From: Nitrospirota bacterium
Lineage (GTDB): Bacteria > Nitrospirota > Thermodesulfovibrionia > Thermodesulfovibrionales > Dissulfurispiraceae
DNA: 64,000 nucleotides
Assembly: GCA_040758355.1 (NCBI GenBank)
Contig: JBFLWF010000001.1
Location: 64,001-128,000 of the forward strand
Direction: 5' to 3'
A model generated the notes under the pieces. The model made no database searches, was not told where the DNA came from, and was given only the letters and a program-made list of their open reading frames with translations. Every line of letters starts with the position of its first letter. Position 1 is the stretch's first letter. Position numbers and translations under genes: made by a program. Shown here one piece after another: positions 21,454 through 30,832 of the stretch.

Positions 21454-21705
21454 TTATTTCTTCTCTTCTTTCTTTTCTTCCTTCTTCTCTTCTGCTTTCT
21501 TTTTCTTCTTCTTCTTGTCTTTCTTCTCTTCCTTCTTATCAGCAGCCTTATCCTCGGCCTTCTTCTCCTCCATCTTCTTCTCCTCGGCCTTTGGAGATGC
21601 CTTGTCAGCCTTTGGAGCTGCTGCTGGCTTCTCTGCTGCGAATGCAACTGTTGTCATTGCAAAAGCAAAAAGAAGTGCTACAACCAATGCTATGACCTTC
21701 TTCAT
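21454..21705 (-). CDS. Exported K/E/A-rich intrinsically disordered small protein
   Basis: Signal peptide MKKVIALVVALLFAFAMTTVAFA; highly charged mature part; GGAGGTG RBS. Confidence 0.75.
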   Translation of the reverse strand: MKKVIALVVALLFAFAMTTVAFAAEKPAAAPKADKASPKAEEKKMEEKKAEDKAADKKEEKKDKKKKKKKAEEKKEEKKEEKK

Positions 21706-21760
21706 TATTTAATCACCTCCCTTTTTTTAAGAATTCCCCAATCTTTGGCAGACCCGATTA

Positions 21761-21776
21761 TACAATTTATATGCCA
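21761..21776 (-). promoter_or_regulatory. Putative sigma54 (-24/-12) promoter
   Basis: Minus strand TGGCATATAAATTGTA against consensus TGGCACG-N4-TTGCW: correct spacing, GT instead of GC at -12; directly downstream of a sigma54 activator gene. Confidence 0.6.
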
Positions 21777-21836
21777 AATTCAGTAAACATTAAAAAACCT
21801 TATTTGTCAGTGAGATTATATGTGGAGGTTTTAGAT

Positions 21837-23222
21837 TTAATTCTTCTTTTGGGAAGGTATATCCTCTTTTGAGGATATATTGAACTTTTCGAGCCTGTAC
21901 CAGAATGTTTTATAACTCATGCCGAGCAGTCGGGCTGCCTTTGCTGCCACATTATTTGCCTTGGTCATTGCCTTCTTTATTAATTCCTTTTCCAGTTCCT
22001 CAAAATTGATGCCCTCATCAGGGATCTCTATGTCCAGAATGCCCCTGTCGGTTGGAAGCCGCAATTCGCCCTTGATGTCATCGAGATTTATCATGTCGGT
22101 ATCGCTCATTAAAACAGCCCTTTCGATAACGGATTCCAGTTGCCTGATATTGCCGGGCCAGTGGTAATCCATAAGCGCCTTTATTGAGCTATCGCTTATT
22201 CCCTTGATCCTCTTGCCGAACTCATTGTTGTACTTGTCGGTAAAGAATTTTACAAGGGATTGGACGTCCTCCTTTCTGTCTCTCAAAGGAGGGAGGCCCA
22301 CTGTTACCACTTTAAGCCTGTAGTATAAGTCTTCCCTGAAACCGCCTTTTACTACCTCTCTTTCGAGATCCTTATTGGTTGCTGCTATTATCCTGACATC
22401 GACCTTTATGCTGTCTTTTCCGCCTATCCTCCTGATCTCTTTATCCTGCAGGACCCTTAATATCTTGGTCTGCATCAGAAGCGGTAAATCACCTATTTCG
22501 TCCAGGAAAAGGGTTCCTTTATCCGTTGATTCGAAGAGCCCTATTTTTCTATGTGTGGCGCCGGTGAATGCCCCGGGCTCATAGCCGAACAACTCGCTTT
22601 CGATAAGGTTTTCCGGTATGGCCGCGCAATTGATGGCAGTAAATGGACACGTCTTTCTCGGGCTGTTATAGTGTACTGCCCTTGCTATTAGCTCCTTCCC
22701 GGTACCGCTTTCTCCCTGTATCAATACAGTTACGGCGGTTGGGGTTACCTTCCTGACCACTTCCATGACTGCCTTCATGTTTTTGGATTCGCCGACAATT
22801 CCCTCTATCTTGAACTTTTCAAAGAGCGCATTTTTCAACCGGATATTCTCTTTTAAGAGATCCATTCTCTCGGTGGCCTTTTTAACAGTTAGGACGATTG
22901 AATCCTTTTCGAGAGGCTTTGTGAGATAGTCGAATGCCCCTTTCTTCATTGCCTCCACTGCCGAGGATATGGTGCCGTAAGCTGTCATGATGATAACCGC
23001 AGGCTTGATTAAATCATCCGGAATGGCATCCATGAGCTGCATGCCGCTCATGCCCCCCATCTTCAGATCCGTTATAACCACATCAGGATTTAAGGCTTTT
23101 ATGAGTTTGAGACCATCTTCTGCCGAGGGAGCTGTATGGACTTCGTACCCTTCTTCTTCAAGTATGGTTTGCAGGATGTCCCTCTGGCGATGTTCGTCAT
23201 CGATTACGATTATTACAGACAT
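21837..23222 (-). CDS. Sigma54-dependent response regulator (NtrC/AtoC/ZraR-type: REC-AAA+-HTH)
   Basis: IDDE/ITDLKM receiver, GESGTGKE, ESELFG...GAFTGA, WPGNIRQL and Fis-type HTH. Confidence 0.95.
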   Translation of the reverse strand: MSVIIVIDDEHRQRDILQTILEEEGYEVHTAPSAEDGLKLIKALNPDVVITDLKMGGMSGMQLMDAIPDDLIKPAVIIMTAYGTISSAVEAMKKGAFDYLTKPLEKDSIVLTVKKATERMDLLKENIRLKNALFEKFKIEGIVGESKNMKAVMEVVRKVTPTAVTVLIQGESGTGKELIARAVHYNSPRKTCPFTAINCAAIPENLIESELFGYEPGAFTGATHRKIGLFESTDKGTLFLDEIGDLPLLMQTKILRVLQDKEIRRIGGKDSIKVDVRIIAATNKDLEREVVKGGFREDLYYRLKVVTVGLPPLRDRKEDVQSLVKFFTDKYNNEFGKRIKGISDSSIKALMDYHWPGNIRQLESVIERAVLMSDTDMINLDDIKGELRLPTDRGILDIEIPDEGINFEELEKELIKKAMTKANNVAAKAARLLGMSYKTFWYRLEKFNISSKEDIPSQKKN

Positions 23223-23224
23223 AA

Positions 23225-24664
23225 CTATGAAACCCCTTTTGGCAATGGAAGGATCAATTTTACCTCGCTGCCTTTGCCTTCGGTGCTGTCGAACTCAACC
23301 CTTCCACCGTGTTCCTCCATGACCCTCGTTGTCATGGGCAATCCGAGACCGAGGCCGTTCTGCTTTGTAGAAAAAAACGGCTCAAATATCCTTGAAAGGT
23401 TCTCTTGCGATACGCCGATGCCACTGTCTTTTATGGATAAAACAAACTCTTTGCCGGCAATTTCTGTTTTGATTACAAGCGTCTTTTCTTGCGATGTCTC
23501 CATTGCATGGAATGCATTGGCGATGGTATTCAATATGCATGATTTAAAGAGGTCTGTGTCCACATTGATCTCCACATCAGCAGAGTAATCTTTGATAATA
23601 CTTATCCCGTCTGCCTCTGCCTTTGCCCAGATAAGTGCCATAACATTTTCGAGGAGATATGAGGCCATCACTTTGTGAAGGTTGAGCTTAATCGGTCTGC
23701 TGTAATCGAGGAAATCGTTCACCAGCTTATTGAGCCTGTGCACCTCCTGTTTTATGCCGCTTATGAGATTGTCAAACCTCTTCCTATCCCCTTCATCTTT
23801 CGGCGGGTATTTTTCGCCTATATGGTCAACGCTCAGGCTGATAAAATTCAGGGGATTTCTGATCTCATGGGCCATATTCCTCGAAAGCTGTCCCAATCCC
23901 GAAAGATGTTCGGCCTCTCTCAGTTTTTCCTCCAGCGTGCGGGTTTCTTGCAGCTTTTGTACCATGAAATTAAAGCTTTTCGAGAGCTGCCCGATTTCAT
24001 CCCTGCTCTGTACAGGTATATTCTGATTGAGGTCTCCGGCTGCGACCCTCATGGCTGCATCAACTACATTCTGGATCGGCTGCGTGTATCGCTTAGAAAG
24101 AATGAATGCCATAACAATGCCTATTCCGAAGACAAAAAGGGTGGCTGCAATCCTTTTCAGTGCATTTATTCTGAGGATCTGCGAGAAGTCGTCCTTATTT
24201 ATCTTTAAATGAATATAGCCATACTGCGTATTTTCTGCAACAACAGGAAGTATTACATTATATGTGCTGCCTTCATCGGAGATCGGCTCTCCCAATTCTG
24301 CCCTGATGATAAGCTCCTTTCTCTTGTGGGTAATAGGCTGGCCTACCTTTGCAAGATTACTGCTTGCTACTATCTCGTCCGCATTGCTTATTATGGATAT
24401 CTCTTTAACACCTTTTGCATTGAGTTCTTTTAGATATTTCGAAAGCCTTGCCTCATCAGTAGCACCTGATGCCGTGACCTCTTCAACACCTACCTGTATA
24501 GCCTTCGTAAGCTCCATTGTCTGTCTTTCCAGTTCCCTGAAAAGGGCTTGTTCTGACTGAGAGTAAAGGAACATGAGCACCGAAATTAGGATAAAGCTGA
24601 GAAAAAGCATCATGAATATGAGTTTTCTGTTAAGGGAAAGATTGTAGGAGAGTTTTTTAAACAT
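23225..24664 (-). CDS. Membrane sensor histidine kinase with HAMP domain
   Basis: Two TM segments, RDEIGQL HAMP, AHEIRNPL H-box, DSGIG and FFSTK.GLGLGL; probable start MFKKL at 24664. Confidence 0.93.
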   Translation of the reverse strand: MFKKLSYNLSLNRKLIFMMLFLSFILISVLMFLYSQSEQALFRELERQTMELTKAIQVGVEEVTASGATDEARLSKYLKELNAKGVKEISIISNADEIVASSNLAKVGQPITHKRKELIIRAELGEPISDEGSTYNVILPVVAENTQYGYIHLKINKDDFSQILRINALKRIAATLFVFGIGIVMAFILSKRYTQPIQNVVDAAMRVAAGDLNQNIPVQSRDEIGQLSKSFNFMVQKLQETRTLEEKLREAEHLSGLGQLSRNMAHEIRNPLNFISLSVDHIGEKYPPKDEGDRKRFDNLISGIKQEVHRLNKLVNDFLDYSRPIKLNLHKVMASYLLENVMALIWAKAEADGISIIKDYSADVEINVDTDLFKSCILNTIANAFHAMETSQEKTLVIKTEIAGKEFVLSIKDSGIGVSQENLSRIFEPFFSTKQNGLGLGLPMTTRVMEEHGGRVEFDSTEGKGSEVKLILPLPKGVS

Positions 24665-24700
24665 ACCAAATAATAACATAGTATAATAATATAACTACAA

Positions 24701-25396
24701 ATGCTTATAGAGAACGCATCGAACATACTCAAAAAGATAAGTCATGCTGCAATGCGTGCAGGCAGAAGCCCTGATGAAGTAAAGCTCATTGCTGTCACAA
24801 AGACAGTCGGAATAGAAGCAATAAAAGATGCAATAGATGCCGGGTTGAGGATATTTGGTGAGAACAGGGTTCAGGAGGCACAGAAAAAAATTTCAGATTT
24901 GAAATCTGAAATTTCAAATTCAAATATCGAGTGGCATTTGATAGGGCATCTGCAAAAAAACAAGGCGAAATATGCAGTGCAATTATTCGATCTAATCCAT
25001 ACTGTTGATTCGGTCGAGCTTGCAGAAGAACTAAATAAACAGGCAGAAAAAATAGGAAAGATACAAAGGGTTCTTGTTCAGGTAAAATTATCCGAAGAGG
25101 AGACAAAGCACGGGATTTCTGAAGATGAGCTTATCCTGTTGCTTGAGGAAATAAAGAAACTGAAAAACTTAAAACTTGAAGGCCTGATGACCATGCCGCC
25201 GTTCTTTGAAGATCCCGAAAGGGCAAGACAGTACTTCAGGAGATTGCGGGAAATCAGGGATAATGCAGAGCAAAAGGGATTCAAACTCCCTGAACTCTCC
25301 ATGGGCATGTCTGGCGACTTTGAGGTGGCAATAGAGGAAGGGGCAACAATGGTGAGGATAGGGACGGCGATATTCGGAGAAAGGAATAGGCATTGA
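24701..25396 (+). CDS. yggS: PLP homeostasis protein YggS
   Basis: LIAVTK, FGENRVQE, WHLIGHLQKNK, LSMGMSGDF and VRIGTAIFG. Confidence 0.96.
   Translation: MLIENASNILKKISHAAMRAGRSPDEVKLIAVTKTVGIEAIKDAIDAGLRIFGENRVQEAQKKISDLKSEISNSNIEWHLIGHLQKNKAKYAVQLFDLIHTVDSVELAEELNKQAEKIGKIQRVLVQVKLSEEETKHGISEDELILLLEEIKKLKNLKLEGLMTMPPFFEDPERARQYFRRLREIRDNAEQKGFKLPELSMGMSGDFEVAIEEGATMVRIGTAIFGERNRH
24890..24924. repeat. 7-nt tandem array/palindrome inside yggS
   Basis: ATTTCAG ATTTGAA ATCTGAA ATTTCAA ATTCAAA; includes the ATTTCAGATTT/AAATCTGAAAT inverted repeat. Confidence 0.7.
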
Positions 25397-25417
25397 TTTG
25401 GTGTATTATAAGGGTAA

Positions 25418-28400
25418 ATGCTGAAAACATATTTTAAGCGCATATTCGACGTAGCAAAGCGTGGAGATGCCACAGAGCAAAGCTATTATTCATCTCTGGA
25501 AGAACTTCTGAAAAGCTATGCTATTTCTATCGGTAAGAAACACGTTAACGTTACTACTATCCCTAAAAAAACGGACGCTGGCAACCCTGACTTCAGAGTC
25601 TGGGACGGGAAGCAGCAGATTATCGGCTACATCGAAGCCAAAGCTCCGACAATCGAGTATTTAGACCAGATAGAGGCATCCGAGCAGCTAAAGCGCTATC
25701 TGCATATCTTCCCCAATCTGTTGCTTACCAATTTTTTTGAGTTCAGGCTTTATCGCAATGGCGCTCTGATGGACAAGGTTTTTATTGGCAGACCTTATCA
25801 TATCTATAAGCTCAAATCGGTCCCTCTGGTTGAAAATGAACAAAAGTTTTTAAATCTTCTTGAGAAATATTTCTCATTCTCTTTGCCGAAAGTATATGAT
25901 GCCAGGAATCTTGCGATAGAGCTTGCTAAAAGGACACGTTTCCTCAAGGATGAAGTAATTGCACAGGAATTGGAAGAAGAAGAGAAAAAAGGCAAGGGGA
26001 ATATCCTCAATTTCTATAAAGTTTTTAAAGACCATTTAATAAGCGGGCTTACGAAAGAGGATTTTGCAGACCTTTATTCGCAGACTATCACCTATGGACT
26101 TTTTGCTGCCCGCACAAGGACAGAAAACGGTTTTAACAGAAAGCTTGCATATGACAGGATTCCGAAGACAATCGGGATTTTAAAGGATGTTTTTAAGTTC
26201 ATCTCATTGGGCGATTTGCCGCAACAGATGGAATGGATTATCGATGATATTTCAGAGGTATTTGCTACTACCGACGTCTATAAGCTACTCGATGAATATT
26301 TTAACAAGCATAAGGGGAAAGACCCTATTGTTCATTTTTATGAAACCTTTCTCGCAGAATATGACCCGAAAACAAGAGAAAAAAGAGGCGTCTATTATAC
26401 GCCAGAGCCTGTGGTCTCTTACATTGTCCGATCACTTCATCATATCCTGAAAGAGCATTTTGATAAAAAAGACGGTTTTGCAAGTCAGTCTGTAACAGTC
26501 CTTGACCCTGCGGCAGGCACACTCACCTTTCTTGCAGAGGCTGCGCATCTCGCGGTTGAAGAATTCACTTCAAAATATGGAGAAGGAAAGAGAAAGGGTT
26601 TTATTAAAGAACATATACTCAAAAACTTCTATGCCTTTGAATTAATGATGGCGCCTTATGCAATAGGTCACCTGAAGATGTCTTTTTTGCTTGAAGAGCT
26701 TGGTTATAAGCTTCAAGCAGACGACAGGTTCAAGCTTTACTTAACCAACACATTAGAAATGGAGGAGCTTGCTCAAACCGAACTTCCGGGTATGGTTTCA
26801 CTTTCAGAAGAATCGCATTTGGCAGGCAAGGTAAAAAAAGAACAGCCTATTCTCGTTATCCTCGGCAATCCGCCTTACTCAGGGCACTCATCAAATATCG
26901 GCGATTGGATATCTAAAGAGATAAAAACTTATTTTCAAGTTGACGGCAAGCCACTTGGCGAGAAAAACCCAAAATGGCTGCAAGACGACTATGTTAAGTT
27001 CATCCGCTTTGCACAGTGGAAGATTGACCAAGCAGGCGAAGGGGTTTTGGGCTTTATAACAAATCATAGTTATCTTGATAACCCAACCTTTAGAGGAATG
27101 AGGCAGTCTTTGATGAAGAGCTTTGATGAAATATATCTGCTTGACCTTCACGGCAACAGTCTTAAGAAAGAAAAATGCCCTGATGGTTCTAAAGATGAAA
27201 ATGTCTTTGACATTCAACAAGGCGTTGCTATTGCGCTGTTTATCAAAAGAATTGGCTTAAAGAAAAAGATATCTCATTCTGAAGTTTGGGGCGTGAGAGA
27301 AGACAAATATACTTGGCTTAACAAGCATGATGTTAAAACAACGAAGTGGAAAACTATCAATCCAAAATCCGAATTTTATCTTTTTATACCGAGAGATGAA
27401 GGGCTTTTAAAGCAATACGAAAAGTATCCTAAGATTACCGATATTTTCCCCGTAAATAGCGTGGGTATTGTTACAGCAAGAGACAACTTGACCATAAAAT
27501 GGACATCTCACGAGATATGGCAAACTGTTATGAATTTTGTAAAACTTGATACCGAGTTAGCACGTCAAGCTTATAACCTTGGCGCTGATGTAAGAGACTG
27601 GAAAGTAGCGTTTGCACAGAAAGACTTAAAGGATAGCGGAATGGACAAAAAAAGAATAACTCCAATTCTTTATCGACCTTTTGACACAAGATATACTTAC
27701 TACACCGGCAAATCACGCGGATTCCATTGTATGCCTCGTCATGAAATCATGCAGCATATGATTAAGGATAATCTTGGGCTTATTACAGTTAGGCAGGTTG
27801 CTGAAGGTAACTTTAACCATGCTTTCGTGTCAGATGCAATTGTTGAAAGCAGAATTACACTCAGCAACAAAGGTATTGGATTTTTATTCCCACTATATCT
27901 ATATCAACAAAAAGACAAACCTAAAAAGAAATCTCTGAGCAGCATCATGATGCTCTTTGAAGAGCAGGCTGAATATGGTGTAAGAAAACCGAATCTGTCC
28001 CCAGTAATTATTGAGAAAATAACAAAGGCATACAAAAAAGAGCCCTCTCCTGAAAATATCTTCTATTACATCTATGCTGTGCTCTATTCAAATATCTACA
28101 GGCCAAAATATTCGGAATTTTTAAAAATAGATTTTCCGAGAATCCCTTTCACAAGCGATTATAAGACATTTAAAAAATTAGCTGACTATGGCGAAAGGCT
28201 TGTTGAATTTCACCTTCTGAAATCATCGGAGATTGATACCCCGATTGCCAGATTTCAGGGTGAGGGAAATGATAAGGTTGAAAAGCTGAGATATGAAAAA
28301 GGGAAACTCTGCATAAATAATGACCAGTATTTTGAAGGAATTCCTTTAGAGGTTTGGAAATATCAGGTCGGCGGCTATCAGGTCTGCGCCAAGTGGCTCA

Positions 28401-28552
28401 AAGACAGAAAAGGAAAACCGTTATCAGTTGAGGAAACAAAGCATTACTGCAAAATCGTTACTGCTCTAAAAAAGACAATAGAGATTCAAACGAAAATAGA
28501 CAGCACATATTTAGATATTGAAAAGGAAATAATTGATTTTTCTGTAACATAA
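25418..28552 (+). CDS. Single-polypeptide restriction-modification enzyme (type IIG / type ISP-like; nuclease + N6-adenine MTase + specificity domain, no helicase)
   Basis: N-terminal PDF...GYIEAK nuclease motif, RGVYYTPEPVV, LDPAAGTLTF (motif I), GNPPYS (motif IV) and C-terminal DFPRIP...VGGYQV..KWLKDR. Confidence 0.88.
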   Translation: MLKTYFKRIFDVAKRGDATEQSYYSSLEELLKSYAISIGKKHVNVTTIPKKTDAGNPDFRVWDGKQQIIGYIEAKAPTIEYLDQIEASEQLKRYLHIFPNLLLTNFFEFRLYRNGALMDKVFIGRPYHIYKLKSVPLVENEQKFLNLLEKYFSFSLPKVYDARNLAIELAKRTRFLKDEVIAQELEEEEKKGKGNILNFYKVFKDHLISGLTKEDFADLYSQTITYGLFAARTRTENGFNRKLAYDRIPKTIGILKDVFKFISLGDLPQQMEWIIDDISEVFATTDVYKLLDEYFNKHKGKDPIVHFYETFLAEYDPKTREKRGVYYTPEPVVSYIVRSLHHILKEHFDKKDGFASQSVTVLDPAAGTLTFLAEAAHLAVEEFTSKYGEGKRKGFIKEHILKNFYAFELMMAPYAIGHLKMSFLLEELGYKLQADDRFKLYLTNTLEMEELAQTELPGMVSLSEESHLAGKVKKEQPILVILGNPPYSGHSSNIGDWISKEIKTYFQVDGKPLGEKNPKWLQDDYVKFIRFAQWKIDQAGEGVLGFITNHSYLDNPTFRGMRQSLMKSFDEIYLLDLHGNSLKKEKCPDGSKDENVFDIQQGVAIALFIKRIGLKKKISHSEVWGVREDKYTWLNKHDVKTTKWKTINPKSEFYLFIPRDEGLLKQYEKYPKITDIFPVNSVGIVTARDNLTIKWTSHEIWQTVMNFVKLDTELARQAYNLGADVRDWKVAFAQKDLKDSGMDKKRITPILYRPFDTRYTYYTGKSRGFHCMPRHEIMQHMIKDNLGLITVRQVAEGNFNHAFVSDAIVESRITLSNKGIGFLFPLYLYQQKDKPKKKSLSSIMMLFEEQAEYGVRKPNLSPVIIEKITKAYKKEPSPENIFYYIYAVLYSNIYRPKYSEFLKIDFPRIPFTSDYKTFKKLADYGERLVEFHLLKSSEIDTPIARFQGEGNDKVEKLRYEKGKLCINNDQYFEGIPLEVWKYQVGGYQVCAKWLKDRKGKPLSVEETKHYCKIVTALKKTIEIQTKIDSTYLDIEKEIIDFSVT

Positions 28553-28565
28553 TCATAAAGTCCTC

Positions 28566-28598
28566 GGCGGCGGGAATATGGCAGAGGCGTTGATTAAA
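28566..28598 (+). repeat. Relic direct repeat of the proC 5' coding sequence (partner at 29250-29282)
   Basis: GGCGGCGGGAATATGGCAGAGGCGTTGATTAAA vs GGCGGCGGGAATATGGCAGAGGCTTTGATTAAA: 33 bp, one mismatch. Confidence 0.9.
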
Positions 28599-28609
28599 AG
28601 AGGTGCAGA

Positions 28610-29238
28610 TTGAAGTCTTCAGCTAAAAAACATACATATTCTACCCTCATTACCGACCTTGCATCACTAATCGAACAAGGCCGCAAAACAGCAGTTCGGT
28701 ATGTGAACACCGCTCTGGTAGTTACTTACTGGCTCATCGGCAGGAGAATTGTGGAGTATGAGCAGAAGGGGAAGGAAAGGGCCGATTATGGGGAAGCGCT
28801 TCTCAAAAAAATATCCATTGACTTAACTTCCAGATTTGGAAAAGGATTTACAGAAAGAAACCTTGAACATATGCGGCAATTCTATTTTACCTACCCTGAG
28901 ATTTCGCACACACTGTGTGCTAAATTTTCTGAAGATAGTTCCATAAAAAAATCGCACACGGCGTGTGCGGAATTAGCGCCAATTTCCGAAACATTGTCTC
29001 GGAAATTTCCATTATCATGGTCTCACTACCGCCTGCTAATGCGCCTTGACGAACCCTTTAAACGTGAGTTTTATGAATCAGAATGTGCCCGTGGCAACTG
29101 GTTGGCGGAATGAATAATAAGGTATTTGCTTCAAAATATAGGTTAAAATTACCTGATCCTAAAGTGCTTAAACGGGAAATAGAGCACGAGAGACAGAGGT
29201 TTTTGGAAATGAAAATAGTGAAGGAGAAAGAAGGATGA
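28610..29238 (+). pseudogene. DUF1016/YhcG-family gene with an internal deletion and frameshift
   Basis: N-terminal domain (YWLIGRRIVEYEQKG..RADYG, LSWSHY..L, FYE.E...GNW) jumps at ~29100 to a C-terminal remnant in another frame (VGGMNNKVFASKYRLKLPD...*, stop at 29238); the nuclease domain is absent. Confidence 0.8.
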
Positions 29239-30029
29239 TAGGTTTTATAGGCGGCGGGAATATGGCAGAGGCTTTGATTAAAGGAGCAGTCAGCAGTCAG
29301 CAGTCAGCAGTCAGCGGTCTTTTAGTATCAGAACCCCGAGAGGACAGAAGAAAGTATTTAGAACAGACTTACGGTGTAAGAACAATGTCAGATAACAGAG
29401 AGGTCGCATCTTCATGCAATATAATCATCCTTGCTGTAAAGCCACAAAACATGGCAGTAGTCCTCGATGAAATAGCAGACTTGATAACCGAAGACAAAAC
29501 AGTCGTTTCGATAGCTGCAGGGATAACTCTTTCATATTTGCAATCAAAACTGAAAACCAAAAAACTCATCCGTGTTATGCCTAATACGCCTGCCATTGTG
29601 CAGGAGGGCATGTCTGTAATGTCTTTATGCGAGTGCTTTTCTGACAAGGACATTGCAATCATAAGGGACATCTTTATGTCTGTGGGCAAGGTGCTTACCC
29701 TTCCTGAAAAATACATGGATGCAGTAACTGCTGTATCAGGAAGCGGTCCTGCCTTTGTGGCATTATTTATAGAGGCTATGATAGCAGCAGGTGAAAAGAT
29801 GGGACTAAGCAGGGACAATGCTTCTGAACTTGCAATACAGACACTTGTAGGCACTGCAAGGCTTCTTGATACAGGGATGCCTCCTGAGAAGCTCAGGGTA
29901 ATGGTGACATCTCCGGGAGGCACAACAGCAGCAGGGCTGAAGGTATTTGAAGAAAAAGGCTTTAAAGATATAGTATATGATGCACTGCATGCAGCTAAAA
30001 AGCGGGCAGAAGAGCTGGCAAAGGCTTAA
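29235..30029 (+). CDS. proC: Pyrroline-5-carboxylate reductase
   Basis: GFIGGGNMA, LAVKPQ, RVMPNTP, SGSGPA and VTSPGGTT. Confidence 0.97.
   Translation: MIGFIGGGNMAEALIKGAVSSQQSAVSGLLVSEPREDRRKYLEQTYGVRTMSDNREVASSCNIIILAVKPQNMAVVLDEIADLITEDKTVVSIAAGITLSYLQSKLKTKKLIRVMPNTPAIVQEGMSVMSLCECFSDKDIAIIRDIFMSVGKVLTLPEKYMDAVTAVSGSGPAFVALFIEAMIAAGEKMGLSRDNASELAIQTLVGTARLLDTGMPPEKLRVMVTSPGGTTAAGLKVFEEKGFKDIVYDALHAAKKRAEELAKA
29285..29319 (+). repeat. (AGCAGTC)x5 array inside proC
   Basis: AGCAGTC x4 + AGCGGTC, encoding AVSSQQSAVSG. Confidence 0.9.
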
Positions 30030-30041
30030 AATGAGGAGGGA

Positions 30042-30362
30042 GTGATGTTTATATTCGGTAATTTTGTTTTAGCAGTTGCGAAGATCCTCGATATTGTCCT
30101 TGAGGTATACCAGTGGGTTGTTATAATCTCTGCGATCATAAGCTGGGTTAATCCCGACCCATATAATCCGATAGTGAGATTCCTCTACTCGGTAACAGAG
30201 CCTGTTTTAAGGCCAATAAGAAGGCTCATCGGCGGGAGGCTCGGCCCCATCATAGACATTTCTCCTCTCATAGTAATTCTTGCTATTATATTTATCCAGA
30301 AATTTCTCATAAGTTCTTTGATAGAACTGGGCTATAAAATAAAAGGAGGGGCTGTAATATGA
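30042..30362 (+). CDS. yggT: YggT-family membrane protein
   Basis: SWVNPDPYNPIVRFLYSVTEPVL...DISP. Confidence 0.93.
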   Translation: MMFIFGNFVLAVAKILDIVLEVYQWVVIISAIISWVNPDPYNPIVRFLYSVTEPVLRPIRRLIGGRLGPIIDISPLIVILAIIFIQKFLISSLIELGYKIKGGAVI

Positions 30363-30832
30363 GAATAACACCGCTTGATATCCAGCAAAAGCAGTTCCCC
30401 ATGAGACTCAGGGGATTCGATGTCGACGAGGTATATTCTTTCCTTGAATTGATAAGGGAAGAGCTTGAGGAACTCCTCAGGGAGAATTCATCGTTAAAGG
30501 AACAGCTCAACAGGGCAGACAGCCAACTTCAGGAATACAAAAATATGGAAGTCACCCTCCGCGAAACCCTGATGACTGCACAGCAGATGGTGGAAGATTA
30601 CAAGACGAATGCAAGGAAGGAAGCAGAGCTTATCCTGAAAGAGGCAGAGCTCAAGGCAGACACTATGATTAAAGAGGCGCAGGAAAAGGTGGTCAAAATA
30701 CACGAAGACATTGTTGACCTCAAGGGAATCAGACGCCATTTCAAAGAGGAGATAAAGCGGCTCATAGACAGCCATCTCAAGATGCTCGAATTCGACAAGG
30801 AAAGGGAAGGGGAAGAATCAGGTGAAGTATAG
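30359..30832 (+). CDS. divIVA: DivIVA-domain protein
   Basis: ITPLDIQQKQF..RLRGFDVDEV followed by coiled coil. Confidence 0.9.
   Translation: MRITPLDIQQKQFPMRLRGFDVDEVYSFLELIREELEELLRENSSLKEQLNRADSQLQEYKNMEVTLRETLMTAQQMVEDYKTNARKEAELILKEAELKADTMIKEAQEKVVKIHEDIVDLKGIRRHFKEEIKRLIDSHLKMLEFDKEREGEESGEV

Noticed and set aside
21360..21786. Several overlapping low-complexity ORFs on both strands
   Set aside because: They are by-products of the AAG/GAG-rich coding of the 83-aa lysine-rich protein.
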